A stretch of DNA of 64,000 nucleotides from Patescibacteria group bacterium UBA2773 (GTDB taxonomy: Bacteria > Patescibacteriota > Minisyncoccia > Moranbacterales > DUUL01), in assembly GCA_002352465.1 (NCBI GenBank), contig DEIN01000014.1, positions 4,429-68,428 on the forward strand, given 5' to 3'. Numbering within the stretch: position 1 is the first letter of the stretch; every line of letters begins with the position of its first letter. The notes beneath the pieces were generated by a model, which did no database searches, had not been told where the DNA came from, and saw only the letters and a program-made list of their open reading frames with translations. Positions 50,855 through 59,640 of the stretch are shown here, in pieces. The translations under genes and the position numbers were made by a program.

Positions 50855-51808
50855 CTATCCAATTTGAACAAAGAAATTCTCTAATAACAATCTTTCATTC
50901 GCACTTTGATTGCTTCTTGAAATTTCTCTAACTCGATCTAATTGTTTAGAAATTTCAAAAACTTTTTTTTGAACTCGAATATCTTTATCTTCCAAAATAT
51001 TTTGTTTCAAAAAACTACTCAAATAATAATTCCAATCAACCAAATATTCAGCAAACAATCTTCGATCTTTAGTTTCGTCATGAGCGATCTGAAACCCAAC
51101 TTTCAAGTCTCCTCTCAAAGCATTTTTAAAATCTTCCAACTTCCCTAGACGCTGTTCTCGATAATCAATCTCTACCAAAAATCTCTCCGCTTCCTTAATC
51201 CGACCTCGAGCTAAAAAAACAATATTTTCCAATAACTTTTCGTCCAATTCATTTCCTTGCTGTTTTAAAAATTGTCGAATTTCTTGCTCACTTTTTAAAT
51301 TAAAATAAATTTTCTGACAACGCGATTTAACCGTATCCAAAACGCCACCCTCACCAGAAGCCGTAAAAATTACCACCGAATTGCCAGACAGCTCTTCTAC
51401 AGTTTTTAACAAACTATTGGCCGCCGTGATAGTTAGCTTTTCAATCGAATTAATTATTAAAAATTTTCTGGAAGATTCCTGAGGATAATAGCTAAACATT
51501 TTCAAAGCCTCCGAGACTTGACCAACTGAAATTTGCTTTTCTCTAGTTTTTCCTTTTTTTTCTTCAATTACTGGCTTGACCAAAATTACATCTGGATGAG
51601 CGCCCATTTCAATTAATTTTCTTTGACCTCTTAATTTTTCATCTAATTCCAAAAAATCAAAAGCTAAATCAAGTTTGCCCGTTCCGCGAGGACCGATGAA
51701 GAGATAGGCACCCGAAAGCTTGTTCTGGTTATATATTTTGGTTAATCTATCCCAAACGTTTTTATTTATATTTTCAGCTTTAATCATTTTAACCGCTTTA
51801 ATTTTCAA
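50855..51808 (-). CDS. holB: DNA polymerase III delta' subunit
   Basis: AYLFIGPRGTGK, HPDV, AANSLLKTVEE and TVKSRCQ; start may be ATG 51787. Confidence 0.9.
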   Translation of the reverse strand: MKIKAVKMIKAENINKNVWDRLTKIYNQNKLSGAYLFIGPRGTGKLDLAFDFLELDEKLRGQRKLIEMGAHPDVILVKPVIEEKKGKTREKQISVGQVSEALKMFSYYPQESSRKFLIINSIEKLTITAANSLLKTVEELSGNSVVIFTASGEGGVLDTVKSRCQKIYFNLKSEQEIRQFLKQQGNELDEKLLENIVFLARGRIKEAERFLVEIDYREQRLGKLEDFKNALRGDLKVGFQIAHDETKDRRLFAEYLVDWNYYLSSFLKQNILEDKDIRVQKKVFEISKQLDRVREISRSNQSANERLLLENFFVQIG

Positions 51809-51987
51809 TTCACAATTTTCAATTTACAATCAATTCACAATTTTCAATTTTTCCGCCTCGGCTAGCCTTGGCGAGACGGGCAATCAATTTACAATGACTT
51901 AATTTTAAATCAATTTTTAATTTTATAATTTTTAATTTTGTAAATAAATCCTAAATCTAAAATCTAAAACACCCGCTCAATTTTGCT

Positions 51988-52015
51988 TGTCATTCCCGCG
52001 TAGGCGGAAATCCAG
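51988..52015. repeat. REP-like palindrome GTCATTCCCGCG type
   Basis: tgtcattcccgcgtaggcggaaatccag. Confidence 0.78.
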
Positions 52016-52023
52016 TCCAATTT

Positions 52024-53481
52024 TCAATAATTCTCTTTTGTATATTTTTTTCTCAATACATATTCGCTCAACAAATCAAAAAACAATTCGGATATATCTA
52101 CCGATAGCTTGCTATCCGGTCCCACGAATTTAGAAACTTTTTTAACTCTATCGCCTTCAATCCTCACGGAATATGCATTCCATTTATCTTGAAAAACGTC
52201 TTTATTCTCATCAAATGGCTGTATTAACTTCAAAAGATAATAAGAAAATACTTCCAAAGCTTTTTCAATATTTCTTTCTTTTTTGGTATTATTTTTTATT
52301 TTATTTAATACTAAAATAAAATCGATTTCCATTCCGCCAAAAACTGAAACCAATGTTTCAATACTAACATTTATCCATTGAATAATGCTTGCTTCTCTAT
52401 TATCACAATCACTCTTTCTGCAGTTTGTGTTTCTCAGGGTTGGTATCTGATATTTAACACCTTTTAGTATTTGTCGTAAATCTATTTTTTCTTTTCCTTC
52501 CAACTTCAACGATTCTAATAAAATAGCTTTTAGAATAATCCTCAAAAAACCAGTCTCTCCCAACGCATTATTTAAATATCCCGTTCCTTCTATTTGAAAA
52601 TTCGAAATAATCTCATCGATTGCTTTTGCAACAATATCCTCATTTTTAAATTGAAAAATTTCAAAACTAAAAAACTTATTAAAGTATCCTGAAAAATCAG
52701 TTTCAGAGCCATATTTGTGTTTGAATATACTTTGTAAGTTTGTTATATCAGCCACAATAATAATTTTGTCAAAACCAAATTTATTTGGTAACTCTTTATT
52801 TTCTGAATTAAAATGAGCAGAAAAAATATTTAAAATTCTAAAAATATTTTCTGGATCAATTCTCTCTAAATCGTCCAAAATCAAAACACTTTTTTTATTT
52901 CCTTTTTGTTCTTTTATTTTTTTTCTTAATAATTCGCTTAATAAATCCGTTTCCGAAACATTTTTTTCCTTAATTTCATTTATGAATTTATCAACAATGC
53001 CTTTTTCGCCAGATTCCATTTTATTTTTAAATTTCCAAAATTTTTCGGTCAAAACGACAATTTCATTCAATGGTCTTCCTATTTTTGAAATATTCGACAC
53101 TCCTGTTTTAAATATCTCCATAAAATTATCTTTTCCCCAAAGATACAAAAGGCGCTGCATATCGATTAAACTAGTATAATCGTTCTCTTCAATAATTTTT
53201 TCGTTTTTTTTAATCAATTCAATTAAAATATCATATTTCAAAAATTCAATAATATTTTCATTTAAATTAATTTGATAATCAACAGGGCTCAAATGAAAAA
53301 CTTCATATTTATCTTTTTTACTTTCAAAAAATTTATTCAAAAAATAAGTTTTTCCAATTCCAAATTTTCCAGAAAAAACAATTCTGTTATTATTTCCAAT
53401 GCCTAAATGCTCTAAAAATTTTGGAAATAAATCATTAATTTTTATTTTAAATTCTACTTTTTCGTTTTTTTCATCTTCCAT
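52024..53481 (-). CDS. KAP-family P-loop NTPase
   Basis: Walker A SGKFGIGKT; Walker B LILDDLERID; later YFNKF. Confidence 0.8.
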   Translation of the reverse strand: MEDEKNEKVEFKIKINDLFPKFLEHLGIGNNNRIVFSGKFGIGKTYFLNKFFESKKDKYEVFHLSPVDYQINLNENIIEFLKYDILIELIKKNEKIIEENDYTSLIDMQRLLYLWGKDNFMEIFKTGVSNISKIGRPLNEIVVLTEKFWKFKNKMESGEKGIVDKFINEIKEKNVSETDLLSELLRKKIKEQKGNKKSVLILDDLERIDPENIFRILNIFSAHFNSENKELPNKFGFDKIIIVADITNLQSIFKHKYGSETDFSGYFNKFFSFEIFQFKNEDIVAKAIDEIISNFQIEGTGYLNNALGETGFLRIILKAILLESLKLEGKEKIDLRQILKGVKYQIPTLRNTNCRKSDCDNREASIIQWINVSIETLVSVFGGMEIDFILVLNKIKNNTKKERNIEKALEVFSYYLLKLIQPFDENKDVFQDKWNAYSVRIEGDRVKKVSKFVGPDSKLSVDISELFFDLLSEYVLRKKYTKENY

Positions 53482-53558
53482 TTTATTTTCTTAACCTTTT
53501 TGAATTAATCTTAATTTTGAAAATTAAAAATCGATTATTATAAATTATAAATTTTCGT

Positions 53559-53784
53559 ATACATCATAGTATACATTACAAACACATCTATAGAAACCAC
53601 TAAAAACATTTTTTCCTCCCCCTTTTGTAAAGGGAGACTGAGGGGGTTTTAAAATTTAAAATTAAACCATTCAAAATTGATTCAAAATTTATAATGTCCT
53701 TTGGGTGCAAAATTAAAGATTACAAAATTATTTATCATGTACATCATAGTGTACACTACAGACGCGTCTATAGAAACCGCTAAA
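53559..53784 (-). repeat. ~46-bp direct repeat pair (53559-53604 and 53739-53784), promoter-like
   Basis: acatcatagtRtacaYtacaRacRcRtctatagaaaccRctaaa occurs twice. Confidence 0.8.
53615..53650. repeat. Short REP-like palindrome (CCCCTTT..AAAGGG type)
   Basis: Copy of 3976-4010. Confidence 0.75.
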
Positions 53785-53828
53785 TTCTGAAAAAATCCCG
53801 TCGATGACCGATTGCTAATGACTGATGA

Positions 53829-54998
53829 CTATTTTGATTTCTCCACAAATTTCTTCAACTCTTTTTCAAACTTACTCCTACTGAATTTCTCCGCTTGTTT
53901 CCTAATTTTCTTAAAATCAAATTTCCTCTCATCTTCAACAAATCTCCTCACTCCGTCAGCGATCATTTCCACCTCTGGTTTATCAAAAAACACTCCTGTT
54001 TGCCCTTCGATCACCGTTTCTATCAATCCTCCTCTTTCCAAGGCAATTACCGGTTTTCCCGCTGCCATGGCTTCTACTGGAGCAATTCCGAAATCATCTT
54101 CACAAACAAAAACAAAAGCTCGAGCATTCTCATAAAACTTAATCAATCGAGCTCGGCCTACTCCACTAATTATTTTAATTTTATTAGAGTTTTTGGCTTC
54201 TTTAATTTTTTCTTCTAATCGCTTTTTTTCTGGACCCTCTCCAACAATTATCAACGGCAAGCCCAACTTGTCAAAAGCCTCAATTAAAATATTGATTCGT
54301 TTATAAGCCGAAAGCCTGGAAACTGTCAAAAAATAACCTTTATTCCTGCTCGTTGCTTTAAACTCATCAACTGCTACTGGAGGATAAATTACTTGACTGT
54401 CCCGATTGTAATATTTTTGAATTCTCGCTTGAGTATATTTTGAATTAGCAATCAAAAAGTCCGGTCGCTGCGCCGAAGCTCGGTCCCACATTCGTAAATA
54501 ATTCAAAAACAATCGAGTAAAAAATTTAATCCTACCTTTGAGATGATTTTCTTCTAAATATTGATGACTCCAATCCCAAACATATCGCAATGGTGAATGC
54601 ATATAGCAAATATGAGTAGTTTTAGATTTAACCACAATTCCTTTAGAGAATGCACCAGAAGATGAAATCACTAAATCATAATCCCGAAAATCTAGAATTT
54701 CAACCGCCGTTGGCATAAAAGGCAATAACCATTTTCTTCGATTTCTAAAAAATTTAGGAAATTTTTGTAAAAAGCTAGTTTGAACTTGTCTTTTTTTCAA
54801 CCAACTAAATTCTGAATTTTTAAGAATTTTTTTATCAGAAATCAAAGCAAAAATATCTGCTTTTTTATAAATTCCCGCTATTACGCCCAAAACACTTTCC
54901 GCTCCCCCGACATTCGTTAAAAAATCGTGCACTAACGCAACTCTATTTCCAGATTCTCTAGAATCTGTCCGCCTATGACAAATGATTTTTTCTTTCAT
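53829..54998 (-). CDS. Glycosyltransferase family 4
   Basis: VALVHDFL..GGAE, SRLSAYKR and EDDFGIAPVEAMAAGKPV. Confidence 0.92.
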   Translation of the reverse strand: MKEKIICHRRTDSRESGNRVALVHDFLTNVGGAESVLGVIAGIYKKADIFALISDKKILKNSEFSWLKKRQVQTSFLQKFPKFFRNRRKWLLPFMPTAVEILDFRDYDLVISSSGAFSKGIVVKSKTTHICYMHSPLRYVWDWSHQYLEENHLKGRIKFFTRLFLNYLRMWDRASAQRPDFLIANSKYTQARIQKYYNRDSQVIYPPVAVDEFKATSRNKGYFLTVSRLSAYKRINILIEAFDKLGLPLIIVGEGPEKKRLEEKIKEAKNSNKIKIISGVGRARLIKFYENARAFVFVCEDDFGIAPVEAMAAGKPVIALERGGLIETVIEGQTGVFFDKPEVEMIADGVRRFVEDERKFDFKKIRKQAEKFSRSKFEKELKKFVEKSK

Positions 54999-56095
54999 TT
55001 CAAATTCTGTTTAAAATTTAGTAACACTTCCGCTGTTTCTTCCCCACATTTATTCCAAGAAAATCTTTTAATATTTTCATTGCCTTTGATAATCATTTTT
55101 TTTCTAAATTCTTTGTCCTGCAAAAGTTTAGCTGAAACCTTAGCAATATCAGTTGGTTTATGTGGATTAGCCAACATTCTTTTAGAGTTAACTATTTCAT
55201 CCATTGGTCCCATATCCGATGTAACAACTGGAACACCCACTGATTGCGCTTCTAAAATTGGTAATCCGAATCCTTCGCACAAAGATGGAAACATAAATAA
55301 ATTAGTATTTTTCATCAAAACCAACCGATCCGCATCACTAACATAACCTTTTACAACAATATCTTTGTAAAAATCAGAATTTTTTATCAAACGATTAATC
55401 TTAAAAAAATCATAACCCGGCTTCCCAGCCAAAACTAATTTTCCGGCATAATCATATTCTTTTTTTAAAATCTCAAAAGCCTTTATTATTCCCTCGATGT
55501 TTTTTCTTTTTTCAACTCGGCCAATGAATAATAAATAAGAATAACTTGGTTTTTTCCCTTCCTGCTCTCCTTTAAAAATATCAGTAAAACCATTATAAAC
55601 CACCTCTATTTTTCTCCTTGGTGCTTGATACATTTTGCCCAAATCATCCTTAGTATTTTCTGAAATAGCAATAATTTTCTTGGCCCAAAGACAACTTTTT
55701 TTAATAAAAAATCGATGAAACCAACGAGAATATAAAGAATAACTCTCAGGACAATGTTCATACTCCAAACCATGGACCGTGACGACTGAATTCTTTGGAT
55801 GAATCCAAGGCACAGTGTGAGCGGGAACAAACAAAACATCTGGCGAATTAGTTAAAAATTCCCAAGCCATCCCAATTTGAGTCCAAAAATATTTAAACGG
55901 AATTTCTCGAGCCTCCCATTTTTTAGGAATACTAAAAGCTTTTTCCAACTTAACTTTTCCTCCTGGTCGCAAATACAAAATCACCTCGTGATCTTTTAAA
56001 TCTTTCCGCAGACTTTTGACTATTTGATAAGTATATTCCTCAATCCCAGTTTTTTTATCCAAAAAAGCTCGGGAAGCATCTATAGCAATTTTCAC
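54995..56095 (-). CDS. Glycosyltransferase family 4
   Basis: GRVEKRKN and FPSLCEGFGLPILEAQ. Confidence 0.92.
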   Translation of the reverse strand: MKIAIDASRAFLDKKTGIEEYTYQIVKSLRKDLKDHEVILYLRPGGKVKLEKAFSIPKKWEAREIPFKYFWTQIGMAWEFLTNSPDVLFVPAHTVPWIHPKNSVVTVHGLEYEHCPESYSLYSRWFHRFFIKKSCLWAKKIIAISENTKDDLGKMYQAPRRKIEVVYNGFTDIFKGEQEGKKPSYSYLLFIGRVEKRKNIEGIIKAFEILKKEYDYAGKLVLAGKPGYDFFKINRLIKNSDFYKDIVVKGYVSDADRLVLMKNTNLFMFPSLCEGFGLPILEAQSVGVPVVTSDMGPMDEIVNSKRMLANPHKPTDIAKVSAKLLQDKEFRKKMIIKGNENIKRFSWNKCGEETAEVLLNFKQNLK

Positions 56096-56099
56096 AAAA

Positions 56100-56272
56100 T
56101 TATTAATTCAAAATTTAAAACGCAAAACTCAAAATTATCCAAATAAACATTCAATACCCAACGTTCAACATCCATTCAACAACCAATTTCTCAATATTCA
56201 ATCTACTGAATATTGAATAATTGAATATTGAATGAATGTTGATTATTGAATATTGGATATTTCAAAATTTCT
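56100..56272. repeat. Heptamer-repeat hairpin
   Basis: ATTCAAT-type units followed by inverted TTGAATA units. Confidence 0.65.
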
Positions 56273-56275
56273 AAT

Positions 56276-57775
56276 TTAATTCAACTTCTTTTTTAGTATT
56301 TCCATCGCTACCTGCGGATTAGCTTTCCCACCAGTTGCTTTCATTATTTGCCCCATTAAAAACCGAACAGCATTTTCTTTTCCCTTGTTATAATCGGCTA
56401 CAGAATCTGGATTTTTGGCAATCACTTGCTCAGCAATTTTCTCCAACTCACCCATATCCGAAGTTTGCGCTAATCCCATCTCGTCAATCACATGACTTGG
56501 ATCAGAGCCTTTTTCAAACATTTCTCGCAAAACAATTTGAGCAGCCGAAGAATTAATTTCCCCTTGATAAACTATTTTAATTAATTCCGCAAAATTTTCA
56601 GGAATAATTTTAATGTCTTGAATGTTCAGACCTTGATCAAAAAGTTGTTTTTGAGTTTCCGTTAAAAGATAATTAGCCGCTAATTTATAGAGTTTTTGCT
56701 GTTGCTCTTCTGAAATTTCCTCCTCAGTGTTTTGCATCCAATCATCCAATTCACTACAAATTTGCTCAAAATAATCCGCCATTTCCTTATAATCTACTAA
56801 GATTTCCGCATTTTGCTCAGTCAGTCCCATTTGCCGAATAAATCTTTCACTTCTCTCCCACGGTAATTCAGGCAAAGATTTTCTAATTCTGTCAATTTCT
56901 TCCTCAGTGAATTTCAAATGCAAAATATCTGGCTCCGGAAAATATCGATAATCATCAGCGTTTTCTTTGGTTCGTTGCGAAAAAGTTTTACTTTTTTCAT
57001 CACTCCAACCTCTCGTTTCTTGAACTAATTTTTTTCCCGCGTCTAAGACTTTAGTTTGTCTTTTTATTTCATACTCAATCCCTCTCTCAATCGCCTTAAA
57101 AGAATTAATATTTTTCAATTCTACTTTGGTTCCCGAAATTCGGTCTTCTCCGTCTTTATACAAAGAAATATTAGCCTCACATCGCATTTGACCCTTCTCC
57201 ATATTAGCAGTTGAAATTCTCAAATACCGGAAAAGCCTTCGCAGTTCCGTGCAAAATTGTTTCGCTTCTTGAGCCGAAGTCAAATCAGGTTCACTCACCA
57301 ATTCCATCAAAGGCACACCCGCTCGATTAAAATCAACCGAAGTGCTTCCGTTGGAATGCCTTAATTTCCCCGTGTCTTCCTCTAAATGAATTCGAGTAAT
57401 TCCAATTTTAGTTTCTTTCTTCTCACCCGCTTTGTTAAAATAATCAAAAACCAATTCACCTTTTCCGCAAATTGGTTGATCATATTGAGAAATTTGATAA
57501 CCTTTGGGTAAATCTGGATAAAAATAGTTTTTTCGATCAAATTTGGTTTCATTGGCAATCTGACAATTCAAAGCCAATCCAGCTCGCATCACGTATTCAA
57601 TCGCTTTAGCATTTGGGACTGGGATTGCTCCTGGTTGAGCAGTGCAAACATCACAAATATTTTGATTTGGTTTTTTAGTCAGTCCCATTCCATTTTTGCA
57701 AGAACAAAACATTTTACTGTCCGTCCCCAATTCTACATGAACCTCCATTCCAATCGTCACTTTATATTTTATCAT
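56276..57775 (-). CDS. gatB: Asp/Glu-tRNA amidotransferase subunit B
   Basis: IGMEVHVEL, FDRKNYFYPDLPKGYQISQ, HLEEDTGK and DYRYFPEPD. Confidence 0.97.
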   Translation of the reverse strand: MIKYKVTIGMEVHVELGTDSKMFCSCKNGMGLTKKPNQNICDVCTAQPGAIPVPNAKAIEYVMRAGLALNCQIANETKFDRKNYFYPDLPKGYQISQYDQPICGKGELVFDYFNKAGEKKETKIGITRIHLEEDTGKLRHSNGSTSVDFNRAGVPLMELVSEPDLTSAQEAKQFCTELRRLFRYLRISTANMEKGQMRCEANISLYKDGEDRISGTKVELKNINSFKAIERGIEYEIKRQTKVLDAGKKLVQETRGWSDEKSKTFSQRTKENADDYRYFPEPDILHLKFTEEEIDRIRKSLPELPWERSERFIRQMGLTEQNAEILVDYKEMADYFEQICSELDDWMQNTEEEISEEQQQKLYKLAANYLLTETQKQLFDQGLNIQDIKIIPENFAELIKIVYQGEINSSAAQIVLREMFEKGSDPSHVIDEMGLAQTSDMGELEKIAEQVIAKNPDSVADYNKGKENAVRFLMGQIMKATGGKANPQVAMEILKKKLN

Positions 57776-57870
57776 AACAAAAAATTATTTCTTATAATAA
57801 TCTTCAAAACAAACCTGTTTTCCAATAGTTTACACTAATTAAAAAAATCTGCAAAACTTATTGCATTAAA

Positions 57871-58065
57871 TAGGACTGTTTCCAATTACAATTTTGCCTG
57901 CCTCGCCAAAGCTTTAGCGTCGGTGGGTGACGAAATTTTCTAGTTTTGAGGTAAATTTTTTTAAAATTTTTGAAACTTTAGCGTTAGCTAAGGCAAAACA
58001 ATTTTTAGAAAATTTAACCAAAAATATAAAATTGCAGTAAAAAGGGTGATTGGAAACAATCCTTA
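57871..58065. repeat. Long palindrome, family B
   Basis: taggactgtttccaat...attggaaacaatcctta, with TA at both ends; close copy of 19654-19828. Confidence 0.85.
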
Positions 58066-58078
58066 GACAACAAATTAA

Positions 58079-59605
58079 CTAACTTTTTGGAATTCTAATT
58101 TTTGCTCCTGAGTCCAAGGCTTGATGAGAATTAATAACCGCTGGATTTAATTTCTCTAAAGTTGATAGCTTAAAATTATTATTTTTAGCAACTGCGCTCA
58201 AAGAAGATTTTATTTCAATGGCCACTTTTAACCCAATTTTTTGCCCAAGCACAATTTTATCTTTTTTTATCCTATTTTGTTTTCTAACCAAATCCAATAA
58301 AGAAAAAACTGATAAATTAAATCCTCTTTTCTTGTTTTTTAGTTCCTTCTTGAATCTTCTAGCTATCGACAATAATTCATCTCCCTTTTTAACTGAATAA
58401 CTCAAGCTAGCAATTTCATCTTTCGGCACTTCTTCAAGAAAATATTGTAAAGGCTTGGCTGAAAATTTCTTTTCCAATTGTTCCTCTTTGATAACCTCTA
58501 AAATCGCATAAAATTTCTCTGGATAATTTAAATTTTCCAAAGAAGACCCAAGCTCAGAAATTTGAGTTTCAAGACTTTTCGGAATTTTCAAAATTTGATC
58601 CGCTTGAATATCGTCAGTTTTCAAACCATTTTCCTTTAGAATATCTTCAATTGAAATTTTATAATTCTTAGAAATAACCGTCAAATTTTCACCCGACTTA
58701 ACTTTATATTCCAAATTTTTTTCTAGAATAAAATTATTAATTCGATCTTCTCGCCACTTCAAATAATCCTCATAATTTAAATCTGCTTTATTTTCTTTAG
58801 AAAGTCTATGTTTTTTAGGATATCCACCGTTATATCTAGCCAAAGCCAAGCTCCAATCATTATTTAATCTTTCATAATTTTCTTTCAAATATTGAGCGCA
58901 AGCTCGAGCGCTTTTGATTGGATCACAACGTTCATCAATTTTATCATCGATAACCAATCCGAGTGCTCTAGCAGTCTCTGCTTTAAATTGATAAGGTCCT
59001 TTAGCTTCAGCTTTAGAAAAAGCATCGAACTGAAAGTGAGATTCTGGAATTGTAAGATAAACAAATCCTTCTTCTTCTGGTAAACCCTCTTTTTTAAATT
59101 CAGCCTTCATCCCTGAAATCCAGGATTGCATTTTTTCCATCGTTTCAAGCAAACCCAAATGATTTTTTCCGCTCTCGTTGTCGCTTTCCGAACAATCTTT
59201 TGGCTTTTTAGAATAACTTTTCTTCCATCTAGCTTGAATTGCTCGTTTAGTTTCTTTATCTATAACAACTTTTCCTTCTGCTCTCAATTGAGCTTCCACT
59301 GTTTTACCAATAATTCTGGCATCATCTTCGGCTATTTCAATTTGAGATTGAGTTGCTTCTTCTGATTTTTCTTCGTTTTTAACTTTTTCTCCAGAATCAT
59401 CAACACTTACACTTTTAAAGCAATTGACTAAATATTTTCCGGCAAAACCAGTCAAAGCAAATACAGAAGTAGAAGCCAGGCCCTTCACGAAAGTCCTCCG
59501 ACTAATTCCTTCCGATTCTTCTTCTTTTTTATTTTTAAACTTTTTTCTTCTTTCTAAATAATCGGTCCTTCTGTCTATCTCACTAACTTCTCCAAAATTT
59601 TCCAT
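58079..59605 (-). CDS. Lytic transglycosylase (SLT, MltD-like) with LysM domains
   Basis: IPESHF (catalytic Glu), AKGPYQF, DERCDP, LARYNGG; LysM YKVKSGENL and YSVKKGDEL; N-terminal SRRTFVK plus a hydrophobic stretch. Confidence 0.9.
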   Translation of the reverse strand: MENFGEVSEIDRRTDYLERRKKFKNKKEEESEGISRRTFVKGLASTSVFALTGFAGKYLVNCFKSVSVDDSGEKVKNEEKSEEATQSQIEIAEDDARIIGKTVEAQLRAEGKVVIDKETKRAIQARWKKSYSKKPKDCSESDNESGKNHLGLLETMEKMQSWISGMKAEFKKEGLPEEEGFVYLTIPESHFQFDAFSKAEAKGPYQFKAETARALGLVIDDKIDERCDPIKSARACAQYLKENYERLNNDWSLALARYNGGYPKKHRLSKENKADLNYEDYLKWREDRINNFILEKNLEYKVKSGENLTVISKNYKISIEDILKENGLKTDDIQADQILKIPKSLETQISELGSSLENLNYPEKFYAILEVIKEEQLEKKFSAKPLQYFLEEVPKDEIASLSYSVKKGDELLSIARRFKKELKNKKRGFNLSVFSLLDLVRKQNRIKKDKIVLGQKIGLKVAIEIKSSLSAVAKNNNFKLSTLEKLNPAVINSHQALDSGAKIRIPKS

Positions 59606-59640
59606 ATTTTTTGTTTTAAGTTTTTCAAGTTAAAAAATCC

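Noticed and set aside
53559-53784. CRISPR array
   Set aside because: Only two repeats, about 135 bp apart, and no cas genes.
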